Part shown: positions 1-8,200 of the stretch, in pieces | How positions within the stretch are numbered: the first letter of the stretch is position 1 | Layout of the letters: every line of letters begins with the position of its first letter | IMG/VR virus record: IMGVR_UViG_3300016341_000017 | Span: 1-25,305 of that record | Length of the DNA: 25,305 bases | Source of the DNA: a virus | Lineage: Duplodnaviria > Caudoviricetes | Reading direction: 5' to 3' (one strand) | Made by a program: the position numbers and the translations under genes | Notes under the pieces: model-generated | What the model was told of the DNA's origin: nothing | Database searches by the model: none | Seen by the model: the letters and a program-made list of their open reading frames with translations, nothing else

Positions 1-1167
1 ATGATTACCAACGAAGCCGTTCGTCTGTTCACGCAGACCAACGCTTTCCTTCGTTCGGTGAACCGTCAATACGACGACCAATTCGCCCGCACTGGCGCCA
101 AGATCGGCAACACGCTGCGCATCCGACTGCCGAACGATTACGTGGTCAATACCGGCCCCGCGATCACCCCGCAAGGCACGAACGAGCAGAACACGACGCT
201 CACCGTCGCGACCCAAGCTAACGTCCCGGTCTCGTTCGGTACGGCTGAACGCACGATGAGCCTTGACGACTACAGTGAGCGCATCCTGGCTCCGGCAGTC
301 AACCGCCTGGCTGCATACGTCGCTAACGACCTGATGAACGTTGCCGCGTCGAGCTGCAACATCGTTTCGAAGACCAACGCGACCGCATCGCCGGACGCTG
401 GAACGTGGTTGCAAGCTGGCGCGATTCTGGACCAGAACCTGTCGCCGCGCATGGATCGTAAGATCATCATGGACCCGGTCACGCAAGCGCGCACGGTTAC
501 GTCGCTCGCCGGCCTGTTCAACCCGCAACGCAAGATCGCGGATCAGTACGAAACGGGCATGCTGACGACCGATACCCTCGGTTTCGACTGGCTCTCGGAT
601 CAGACGACCCAGGTTCATACGGTCGGTACGTTCTCGGCAGGTACGGTCTCGGGCGGCGGTCAAACGGGTAACACCCTGACGACCTCGGCGATTACCGGCA
701 CGCTGAACAAGGGCGACATCATCACGATTCAGGGCGTGAACGCGATCAACCGCCTGACGGGTCAAGACTACGGTCAGCTCGCACAGTTCGTCGTGACTGC
801 CAACGTGCTCAACGGCGCTACGTCGATCCCGATCTACCCGGCCATTACGCCGGCTCCGGCAGCGTTCAACACCGTTACGGCCTCGCCGGCTGGCGGCGCA
901 ACGATCAGCCTTGTGATCCCGGCTTCCACGAAGTATCGCCAGAACCTGGCGTACTACCCGGAAGCTTTCACGCTCGCAACGGCTGACCTCGAAATGCCTA
1001 CGCAAGGTGTTGTCGAAGCGGCCCGCGCCTCGTTCGATGGCGTCTCGATGCGGATGATTACCGCGTACGACATCATGTCGGACAACCTCATCACCCGTCT
1101 GGATCTGCTGTACGGATACGCTGCGATCCGTCCGGAATGGGCATGTATCGTCGCGGATACGCTCTAA
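1..1167 (+). CDS. Major capsid protein, P22 coat protein (gp5) family; probably missing a few N-terminal residues at the window edge
   Basis: 388 aa ORF with recognisable family segments (GAKIGNTLRIRLP, SLDDYSERILAPAVNRLA, KGDIITIQGV in an I-domain-like insert, C-terminal TRLDLLYGYAAIRPEWAC); followed by a terminator and P22-like tail genes. No upstream sequence to verify the start. Confidence 0.93.
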   Translation: MITNEAVRLFTQTNAFLRSVNRQYDDQFARTGAKIGNTLRIRLPNDYVVNTGPAITPQGTNEQNTTLTVATQANVPVSFGTAERTMSLDDYSERILAPAVNRLAAYVANDLMNVAASSCNIVSKTNATASPDAGTWLQAGAILDQNLSPRMDRKIIMDPVTQARTVTSLAGLFNPQRKIADQYETGMLTTDTLGFDWLSDQTTQVHTVGTFSAGTVSGGGQTGNTLTTSAITGTLNKGDIITIQGVNAINRLTGQDYGQLAQFVVTANVLNGATSIPIYPAITPAPAAFNTVTASPAGGATISLVIPASTKYRQNLAYYPEAFTLATADLEMPTQGVVEAARASFDGVSMRMITAYDIMSDNLITRLDLLYGYAAIRPEWACIVADTL

Positions 1168-1192
1168 GTTTTTCCTCGGTGCGTTGTACTTC

Positions 1193-1217
1193 CCCCGGCC
1201 TTCGGGTCGGGGTTTTT
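1193..1217 (+). terminator. Intrinsic terminator after the capsid gene
   Basis: CCCCGGCC-TTCG-GGTCGGGG-TTTTT: 8-bp stem (one G-U pair), C(UUCG)G tetraloop, U5 tract. Confidence 0.88.
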
Positions 1218-1228
1218 AAGGAAAAACT

Positions 1229-1525
1229 ATGGGCGCTTTCAAGGTCGCGTTCGAACCTAAATCGGAGAATCGATTGAATTACACGACTCCGTATGTCTAT
1301 CAAGAGTATCCGAAGTGGGTAACTCTCGCGGACGGCTCGCAGATCATCGTCAATGACGCAGAGGAAGAACATGCGGCTATTGGTCCGGTTACTTCCGACA
1401 CTGGTGGAGATAGGGATTCGCTTATGGCAGAGGCGAAAGCGCTCGGCCTGAATCCGCACCATAAGACAGGCGTCGAAAAGTTGCAGCAGCTTATCAACGA
1501 ATCCAAAGGGGTTTCAAATGCGTAA
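1229..1525 (+). CDS. Conserved phage hypothetical protein with a C-terminal small helical (HeH/LEM-like) module
   Basis: AAGGA RBS at 1218-1222; YQEYPKW...IVNDAEEE segment typical of post-capsid genes; C-terminal RDSLMAEAKALGLNPHHKTGVEKLQQLI. Confidence 0.75.
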   Translation: MGAFKVAFEPKSENRLNYTTPYVYQEYPKWVTLADGSQIIVNDAEEEHAAIGPVTSDTGGDRDSLMAEAKALGLNPHHKTGVEKLQQLINESKGVSNA

Positions 1526-1937
1526 GTTTCTTGCTCACTATGTCGGCGCTCTTGTCGCCGCATGTGCTCTCATTCCGTCGGCCCACGCTCAGTTCAATCC
1601 GAGCAACGGCTTTCAGACGATCACCAACCAATGCGGCACGTACTTTCTGCAATCGAGCACGTACTACAACGGTCAAGGCGTTTCGGTTGGTTCGACGCTT
1701 CCGTTCTGCGCGGGCGCACTGAGCCAGCAAAACGGCGCTAGCGTTTCGATTCAGCCGGCCAAGTACACGAACGCCAATCTCCCTACCTGCAACGCTTCGT
1801 CTTCGGGCCTTATCGCCGTCGAAACGGATGGCGCGGCCTCGCCGGTCTACGCGGCAACGGCAACGGGTAGCGGCACGCTCGCTGTGCAAGTGATGTGCAC
1901 GAACTCGAACGGCTCGTATAGCTGGACCAACCACTAA
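1518..1937 (+). CDS. Small exported protein with predicted Sec signal peptide and four Cys in the mature part
   Basis: AAGGGG upstream; overlaps the previous stop; MRKFLAHYVGALVAACALIPSAHA|QF has n/h/c regions and an AHA cleavage motif. Confidence 0.72.
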   Translation: MRKFLAHYVGALVAACALIPSAHAQFNPSNGFQTITNQCGTYFLQSSTYYNGQGVSVGSTLPFCAGALSQQNGASVSIQPAKYTNANLPTCNASSSGLIAVETDGAASPVYAATATGSGTLAVQVMCTNSNGSYSWTNH

Positions 1938-1950
1938 GCAGGGTGCTGCC

Positions 1951-3609
1951 TTGGATAAGAATTTCGGTTTGAATGGTGGATTCGCGACTGTTTCCACTTC
2001 GAAGGGCACGTATCTTTACCAGGGTGGCAAGTATTACGACACTCAGTTTAACTATGTGAGTGACACGCTGCCGGATCAGACGCCGCATCTGTCTGTTTCG
2101 GTAGCGGCAAATGCCGCGGCTCTCGCAAGCATCACGAGCAGTCCTACGAAGGTTCTGGCAAGCGGCGGCGGCGCTCAGGCGCGCGCATGCACTACGGCGG
2201 TCACGAATACGACTGGCGTAGTTCAGATGCTCCCGCTGATTATCCCGGCCAATACGGTTCCGAGCAGCGGCGCGCAAGTCGATATTCAGTTCTCGTTCTC
2301 GAATAACAACAGCGCGACGGCCAAACAGGTCTACGTCACGCTGGGCGGTATTCAGGTTGGGCCGGCGACGAGTGCGACGACGAACGTCTTCACTGAAGGG
2401 CGTTTGCGTCTGCGCACGGACGGCGCTGGAAACCTGATTTGCTCCACGGTCTCTGCTGATGGCGCGACCTCGACGGCGTATCAGTCCATCGCAATGGATA
2501 TGACGAAGGATCAGCAGCTCTGTTTCTGGGGATCTGTTGGTGCTGTTGGCGATTCGATGTACCTTCAAGGCTATACGGTCTCCGTAACGGCCTGTCCTGC
2601 TGCTCCTGCTCCGGCTCCCGTTCTGCCTGGCAAGAAGATCTTCTACGGCGTGAATAGCCATCCTGGCTACTATCCGGTTGTTAGCGGTAAGCAGATGGTC
2701 GATCTGATGAAGTCGCTCGGCATGACCGTACTTCGTCTCGACTACAACGGACCTTCGAATGCTGCTGCGATTCAGGCGTATGCGCAGGCGTTCCTCGAAG
2801 ACGGCGGAAACCTACAGGTCTACTGCATCGTCAATGGATCGATGGAATCGTCAGCCGGCGTCGCATACGCCAATGAGGCGGCTGCATACGCTGGAAACTT
2901 CGCGCTTGCTGCGGGCGCTGCACAGGCCCTTGGGCGGTACGGCGTGACGATGTATGGCTGCGGCAACGAACTCGATTCGAAGAGCGCTGGAGGCGTGAAT
3001 ATCCGCACTCCTGCGCCTCCTACGTGGACGGCTGGCTCGAAAGCGGCTGACTTCGTGAATTCGGTGTATCCGCTGTTCCGGGGCGCATGCAGAGGCATGA
3101 TTGACGGCGTTAAGTCGGTGATGCCTAACGCGATCTGCGGATCGAATGCCTTCACGAACGCATCGATTTATCTCAGTGACTGCCTTTGGAATGGAACGGC
3201 GCCGGATGGATCGACTGGCTATGCGGTATGCCGCTGGGATGTCACTGACTGGCATCTGTATTCGCAGGGTGATGCTACCAACGTTGTGTACTCGCAGGGC
3301 GGCGGCTCGATTAAGTTCAACCAGCTGCAATACCTGGCTCAGGCGTACGGTAAGCCGATTTTCATTTCGGAATTCAACCCGATTGGCACGACTGGCGCGA
3401 CGAACGATGCAGGAAACGCGACTGTCACGCCTCAGTGGATGACGTCTTGGGTTGCGCTCAAGGATAAGTTCAACATCGCGTCGATCATGTTCTATGACCT
3501 GTTTGACGGCACATTCCAGATGATCCCGGCTGATGTCCCGCCGTACACGCTGAACCAGACAGGCGCGGCAATTAAGGCGTTCATCCAAGCAAATCCGGTG
3601 AATCGATGA
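1951..3609 (+). CDS. Modular protein: beta-rich N-terminal region, Pro/Ala linker and clan GH-A-like (TIM-barrel) glycoside hydrolase domain
   Basis: 552 aa, TTG start (start uncertain); PAAPAPAP linker; FYGVNSH, LGMTVLRLD, GCGNELD (E340, putative acid/base), DVTDWHLY, YGKPIFISEF (E474, putative nucleophile), IMFYDLFD. Confidence 0.75.
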   Translation: MDKNFGLNGGFATVSTSKGTYLYQGGKYYDTQFNYVSDTLPDQTPHLSVSVAANAAALASITSSPTKVLASGGGAQARACTTAVTNTTGVVQMLPLIIPANTVPSSGAQVDIQFSFSNNNSATAKQVYVTLGGIQVGPATSATTNVFTEGRLRLRTDGAGNLICSTVSADGATSTAYQSIAMDMTKDQQLCFWGSVGAVGDSMYLQGYTVSVTACPAAPAPAPVLPGKKIFYGVNSHPGYYPVVSGKQMVDLMKSLGMTVLRLDYNGPSNAAAIQAYAQAFLEDGGNLQVYCIVNGSMESSAGVAYANEAAAYAGNFALAAGAAQALGRYGVTMYGCGNELDSKSAGGVNIRTPAPPTWTAGSKAADFVNSVYPLFRGACRGMIDGVKSVMPNAICGSNAFTNASIYLSDCLWNGTAPDGSTGYAVCRWDVTDWHLYSQGDATNVVYSQGGGSIKFNQLQYLAQAYGKPIFISEFNPIGTTGATNDAGNATVTPQWMTSWVALKDKFNIASIMFYDLFDGTFQMIPADVPPYTLNQTGAAIKAFIQANPVNR

Positions 3610-4352
3610 CAGTTCCGGCTCCGACCACTCCCGGCGACATCATCACGCTGGCGCTTAAAACCGCCAATGTGGTCGGTGTCGGCCAAACGCCTGAAGCGGA
3701 GGATATGAACGATGCGTTCAATCTTCTCAATATGCTTCTGGCTCAGCTTCAGCGCCGGCGATACTTCGTTTACGGCCTGACTACGACCAGTTTTCAGGGC
3801 AATAACTCGGTCTCGTACACTGTCGGCCCGGGTGGGAATTTCAACATTCCTAGGCCCGCAAAGATCGAATCGGCGTTCTTCCGGCAGAACAATACGACCT
3901 CTTACCCGGTCGATTACCCGCTTGAAATCCTTCGATCTCAAGAGGATTACAACCGGATAAGCCTGAAGACGCTGAACGCGTTCCCTCGGTACTGCTTCTA
4001 CGATATGGCTTACCCCACGGGTAACCTGTTCGTATGGCCGGTTCCGAATAATACGTACACCATCTTCATCAGCACGATTACGCAGATTCAGCAGTTCGTA
4101 GATGTGTCGGATCAGATCGCGCTTCCGCCTGAATACAGCGCGGCGCTTATGTGGAATCTGGTGATGGAGTTGTATCCGTTCTACGGCCTTCCGGTGAATC
4201 CTGTAGTGGTAGGGAAGGCTGAAGCGTCGCTCCGGATCATCGAAGAAGCGAACGTACAGATTCCGCAGCTCGCTATGCCGCCGGCGCTGAAGAACAATCG
4301 CGGATCGACTTACAACATCTATGGCGACTTTATGATCGGGAGTTCGCCGTAA
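3606..4352 (+). CDS. Head-to-tail adaptor (P22 gp4-like packaged DNA stabilization protein)
   Basis: TPGDIITLALKTANVVGVGQTPEAEDMNDAFNLLNMLLAQL N-terminus and LPPEYSAALMWNL; position directly before the gp10-like gene; ATGA overlap. Confidence 0.82.
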   Translation: MTVPAPTTPGDIITLALKTANVVGVGQTPEAEDMNDAFNLLNMLLAQLQRRRYFVYGLTTTSFQGNNSVSYTVGPGGNFNIPRPAKIESAFFRQNNTTSYPVDYPLEILRSQEDYNRISLKTLNAFPRYCFYDMAYPTGNLFVWPVPNNTYTIFISTITQIQQFVDVSDQIALPPEYSAALMWNLVMELYPFYGLPVNPVVVGKAEASLRIIEEANVQIPQLAMPPALKNNRGSTYNIYGDFMIGSSP

Positions 4353-5779
4353 TGCGCATCCCGCTCACTACCGGCGCATATGAGGCGCGCTCGCTTGTCG
4401 CTGAGGCGCAGCGCTGCGTGAACCTCTACATGGAGAAAAATCCGCCTGACGCGCAGTTCCCATTCACGTGCTATCCGACGCCTGGATTGGATCTGCTCGC
4501 CACTGCTGAACCGACAGAGGGGAGCGGCTGGCGCCAACTGTGGTTTGCATCGAATAACAAGTTCTACGGAGTCTGTGGAAACACGGTCTTCGCTATCAGC
4601 GAATCATGGGCGCTGACGCCGTTGGGGAACATCGCGAGCACTTCTGGTTACGTCTCAATGACGGACAACGGCAACTACGTTGTTATCGTGGATGGCTCCA
4701 ACCGGGGTTGGACGATCAAGCTTGCTGATGATTCGTTCGCGCTGATCTCTGATTCTGCGTTCCTTGGCGGTAACACGGTGGGGTTTGTCGACGGATACCT
4801 CGTGTTCAACTCGCCAGGCACGAACGAATGGTATGTGTCTCTGGTGAATGAAGTATCGTTCGATGCGCTCGATTTCGCTTCGAAGTCTGGCTATTCCGAT
4901 CTTCTGGCCGGCGTAGGCGTGGCAAAGCGATACGTATATCTGTTCGGGCAGCAGACGACTGAAGTATGGTTTGACGCCGGCGATACGCCGTTTCCGTTCA
5001 ATCGTCTGCCAGGCGTGTTTATGCAGTTCGGATGTGCCTCGCCGGGCTCCATCGCTCAGATGGACGGTAATCTGTACTGGCTGGCTCAGTCGCCGCAAGG
5101 CAAAGCGATGGTTGTTCGCTCGCAGCAGTTCAATGCCGAGCAAATCTCAACGTTCGCACTCGATAACGAGATGCAGGGTTATTCTGACCTGGACCAAGCT
5201 ATCGGCTTCACCTATCAGCTTGATGGCCATTTCTTCTACGTGCTGATCTTCCCTGAGTCGGACAAGACCTGGCAGTATGATCTGAGCACGCAGCAATGGA
5301 ACGAGCTGATATGGATCGATGGGAATGGTCAGGAGCACCGTCACAGGGCGAATTGCTATGCGAACGCCTATGGTATGTCGGTAGTTGGCGACTGGCAGAA
5401 CGGGAAACTCTACCACTGGAATCAGAACACGTACACGGACGAAGGGAATCCGATTCCTCGCATTCGTTCGTTTATGCATGGCGTGGATGAGGCTTCGAAC
5501 CGTATTCACTACATGTCGCTGATTGCGAACATGGAAGTAGGAAACGGCATCGGGACGAACGTGGATGTGCCTGTGTTCCTGCGGTGGAGCGATACGCGCG
5601 GCGTGTCATTCGGGAACGCAGTACAACGCTCGATGGGCCGGGAAGGGCAGTATCTGACTTCTATCCAGTGGACCCGGCTTGGCATGGCTCGTGACCGAGT
5701 ATTCGAAATCTCATGGTCCTCCCCTGTGAAAACCGCTCTGCTTGGCGCCTGGGTAGAAGCGCAATCGAATAATCAGTAA
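4352..5779 (+). CDS. Tail hub/nozzle protein (P22 gp10-like packaged DNA stabilization protein)
   Basis: 475 aa, aromatic beta-propeller-like; RCVNLY, PTPGL, FGQQTTEVW, TWQYDLSTQQW, LRWSDTRG, WTRLGMARDRVFEI; TAATG coupling. Confidence 0.9.
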   Translation: MRIPLTTGAYEARSLVAEAQRCVNLYMEKNPPDAQFPFTCYPTPGLDLLATAEPTEGSGWRQLWFASNNKFYGVCGNTVFAISESWALTPLGNIASTSGYVSMTDNGNYVVIVDGSNRGWTIKLADDSFALISDSAFLGGNTVGFVDGYLVFNSPGTNEWYVSLVNEVSFDALDFASKSGYSDLLAGVGVAKRYVYLFGQQTTEVWFDAGDTPFPFNRLPGVFMQFGCASPGSIAQMDGNLYWLAQSPQGKAMVVRSQQFNAEQISTFALDNEMQGYSDLDQAIGFTYQLDGHFFYVLIFPESDKTWQYDLSTQQWNELIWIDGNGQEHRHRANCYANAYGMSVVGDWQNGKLYHWNQNTYTDEGNPIPRIRSFMHGVDEASNRIHYMSLIANMEVGNGIGTNVDVPVFLRWSDTRGVSFGNAVQRSMGREGQYLTSIQWTRLGMARDRVFEISWSSPVKTALLGAWVEAQSNNQ

Positions 5780-6309
5780 TGGCGAACCTACAGACAAACG
5801 TACCGCTCGTAAATGAAGCCTTTGTCGACAAGAACGGGAATATCACGGAATCGTGGTTTCTGTTCTTGATTCAGCTTTGGCGGCGCACTGGCGGCTCTAC
5901 GCCTAGCGGCGAGGGGATCTCGATTGACGACGTATTCGCGGTCGAGTCTACGTTCGGTATTTCGGCGCCTGATTCTCTGAAAGAGAGTTTGAGCCAGCAG
6001 ATTACCGTAGCGCCTACGGTATCGCCAGATTCGTTGTCTGACATGGTTTTTGCGCCTATTGTGGTAACTTCAACGGGCGGTAATGGTACTATTACGGATC
6101 AGACGTTTAGCAGTGGCGTAAATTTTACTCCGGGCGTGACAACGGCTCTAACGCTGAGTAATGCTTTCACGAACGGCATGCAGATATGGGTGTTCTTCGA
6201 CGGTACGTTTCAGGGCGACGACCAATATTCGCTTAGCGGAACTACTCTGACATTCACAAGCGCCATTCCGGTAGGGGTTAGTAAGGTTTACGTCAAAGGA
6301 TTGAGATAA
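5779..6309 (+). CDS. Tail-associated protein at the P22 gp26 (needle) position; C-terminal domain shared with tailspike 1
   Basis: TAATG-coupled to the gp10-like gene; N-terminal FVDKNGNITESWFLFLIQLWRRTGG; residues 105-174 align ungapped with tailspike 1 residues 97-166. Confidence 0.7.
   Translation: MANLQTNVPLVNEAFVDKNGNITESWFLFLIQLWRRTGGSTPSGEGISIDDVFAVESTFGISAPDSLKESLSQQITVAPTVSPDSLSDMVFAPIVVTSTGGNGTITDQTFSSGVNFTPGVTTALTLSNAFTNGMQIWVFFDGTFQGDDQYSLSGTTLTFTSAIPVGVSKVYVKGLR
6091..6300 (+). repeat. Copy A of a duplicated 70-codon domain (copy B at 12701-12910)
   Basis: ITDQTFSSGVNFTPGVTT...WVFFDGTFQ...YSLSGTTLTF...IPVGV; 39/70 identical residues to copy B by manual count. Confidence 0.9.
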
Positions 6310-6316
6310 CCACAAT
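6300..6316. promoter_or_regulatory. 17-bp dyad motif, copy 1 (putative operator)
   Basis: ATTGAGATAACCACAAT; 16/17 identical to 12379-12395; spans a stop codon and the next start codon. Confidence 0.65.
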
Positions 6317-6656
6317 GCAGCGCGTACCTAAACCTATCGCCGTTCTCCCGCTGACGACTTCAGCGGCGACGTATTACACAGTTCCGAGCGGCACGATTTC
6401 GACCATTGCCAATCTCTCGCTGACAAATACGAGCGCTTCGCCTGTGGCTGTGACTGTCTACAACGTTGCGAGCGCCGGCTCACCTAGCGCGGCTAATCAA
6501 CTCGTGTCGGCGTTCTCGCTGTCGGCTGGACAGTCGTATGTGCCCCCCCAGGCTATCGGGTTGCAAATGAACGCAGGTTCAACGCTTCAGGCTCTTGCCG
6601 CGACTGGAGCAGTAGTCAACATTCAGGGCGGCGTTTATGAGACTTCAGGGAGCTAA
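6315..6656 (+). CDS. Small beta-rich virion protein (hypothetical)
   Basis: 113 aa Ser/Thr/Ala-rich beta-sandwich-like sequence (YYTVPSG, LTNTSASPVAVTV) in the tail cluster. Confidence 0.7.
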   Translation: MQRVPKPIAVLPLTTSAATYYTVPSGTISTIANLSLTNTSASPVAVTVYNVASAGSPSAANQLVSAFSLSAGQSYVPPQAIGLQMNAGSTLQALAATGAVVNIQGGVYETSGS

Positions 6657-6658
6657 AA

Positions 6659-6958
6659 ATGGCACGATTCACTGGTGTAGCAACCGAAATTACTTTCCAG
6701 CATCAAGTAACGCTGTCGCCGGCCTCGGTCGCGGCTAATACCTCGGCAGAACAGACTTTCACGGTCCCGGGTCTCACGGTTGGAGGCGTCGTATACGTGA
6801 ATAAGCCGACTGCACAAGCTGGCCTCGGCATCGTCGGCGCTCGCATCAGCGCGAACAACACGCTGGCTATCACGTTCGGTAACTTTACGGCATCGCCTAT
6901 CGTTCCTACCGCGAGCGAAGTCTACAACGTGGGCGTAATCCGGATCATCGGCAACTAA
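6659..6958 (+). CDS. Small beta-rich virion protein (hypothetical)
   Basis: GGGAG RBS; LSPASVAANTSAEQTFTVPGL...GLGIVGARISANNTLAITF resembles small phage structural proteins. Confidence 0.7.
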   Translation: MARFTGVATEITFQHQVTLSPASVAANTSAEQTFTVPGLTVGGVVYVNKPTAQAGLGIVGARISANNTLAITFGNFTASPIVPTASEVYNVGVIRIIGN

Positions 6959-6959
6959 A

Positions 6960-7418
6960 GTGCAGATCGTTCCCAAAGTCACGTTCTCAATCGATGTGCG
7001 GTGCAAGGTAGAGTCTCTAGAAAGAGAGATTCAGAAGCTTCCGCAAGTCGATTGCCCCGTCTGGAATTACTTCGCGCCTGGTTTGTATGCGCGCAAGATG
7101 CTTATTCCGAAGGGCGTGACTTTGACGGGAGCGGTTCACAAGTCAGAGCATCTAGCAATAGTCTCAGGCGACATCGAAGTAACCTCGCCTGATGGGCCGG
7201 TGCGCATCAAAGATAAGCACTACATTTTCAAATCCATGCCTGGCGAAAAGCGGGCAGGATACGCGCATGAGGATACGTATTTCACTACGATCCATGCGAC
7301 AGATGAAACCGACCTAGACAAGCTGGTAGAAGAATTAACGGAATCGAAAAGTGCGGAATTGCTTGGCGGTCCGGAGAATATGCAGTTAATCAATAACCGT
7401 CTAAAGGACGAATCATGA
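6960..7418 (+). CDS. Cupin-fold (double-stranded beta-helix) phage protein
   Basis: GTG start; FAPGLYARKMLIPKGVTLTGAVHKSEH...PGEKRAGYAHEDTYFTTIH pattern. Confidence 0.7.
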   Translation: MQIVPKVTFSIDVRCKVESLEREIQKLPQVDCPVWNYFAPGLYARKMLIPKGVTLTGAVHKSEHLAIVSGDIEVTSPDGPVRIKDKHYIFKSMPGEKRAGYAHEDTYFTTIHATDETDLDKLVEELTESKSAELLGGPENMQLINNRLKDES

Positions 7419-8197
7419 GTTTCGGGCTATCAGCGGCTGCGATTGGCGGTATCGCTGCTGGCGTTGGCGCTGTCGGCGGTGCTTATATCTCGTCTCAAGG
7501 TGCCAAGTCAGCCGCTAACACGCAGGCTCAAGCGTCGCAAAACGCAGCACAAAATCAATGGAATCAGTTTCAGCAGTTGCAGACAAATCTGCAACCGTAC
7601 ATGCAACTCGGAACGGATACGATTCCAAAGCTTCAAGGGCAGCTTGATACGCTCGGTGGTATGAAGTTTAACTTTAACCCCACGATGGAGCAGTTAGAGC
7701 AGACGCCAGGGTATCAGTTCAATCTTCAGCAAGGCATGAAGAACACGAACAACGCGCTGGCTGCTAAGGGGCTGAATCTGTCTGGCGCTCAGGCTAAGGG
7801 ATTGGACGCGTTCAATACTGGTTTGGCATCGAACACGTATCAGCAGCAGTACCAGAACGCACTTAGCCAGTTTATGACGAACTATGGCGTGAATTCGGAT
7901 CAGTATAACCGGCTGACCGGCTTGGTAGGTTTGGGCCAAAACGCGGCTGCTGGCGTTGGCAATGCGGGGCTTCAGACAGCGAATCAGGCGGGTAATTTCC
8001 TGACTTCCGGCGCCAATGCTTCGGCTGCTGGAACGGTCGGCGCCGCTAATGCCGCGTCCGGCGCGCTTGGTAATCTTGGCGGGATTGGGTTGCTGTACGG
8101 CTTGCAGAATCAGAATTCTTCTCCGGCAGCAAACAACATATACGGCACTACCGAAGCCGGAAACCCTAACTACTTTACGACGGGTAACGTAGGTTAA
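7415..8197 (+). CDS. DNA ejection/transfer protein (P22 gp7-like)
   Basis: AAGGA RBS; Gly/Ala-rich hydrophobic N-terminus, Gln-rich helix, LQPYMQLG, LEQTPGYQF; first of three ejection genes. Confidence 0.82.
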   Translation: MSFGLSAAAIGGIAAGVGAVGGAYISSQGAKSAANTQAQASQNAAQNQWNQFQQLQTNLQPYMQLGTDTIPKLQGQLDTLGGMKFNFNPTMEQLEQTPGYQFNLQQGMKNTNNALAAKGLNLSGAQAKGLDAFNTGLASNTYQQQYQNALSQFMTNYGVNSDQYNRLTGLVGLGQNAAAGVGNAGLQTANQAGNFLTSGANASAAGTVGAANAASGALGNLGGIGLLYGLQNQNSSPAANNIYGTTEAGNPNYFTTGNVG

Positions 8198-8200
8198 TAT

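Noticed and set aside
7576-7595. Inverted repeat GTTGCAGA-CAAA-TCTGCAAC in the gp7-like gene
   Set aside because: Single occurrence, spacing differs from the 17-bp motif, no U-tract, and it is explainable by LQ codons.
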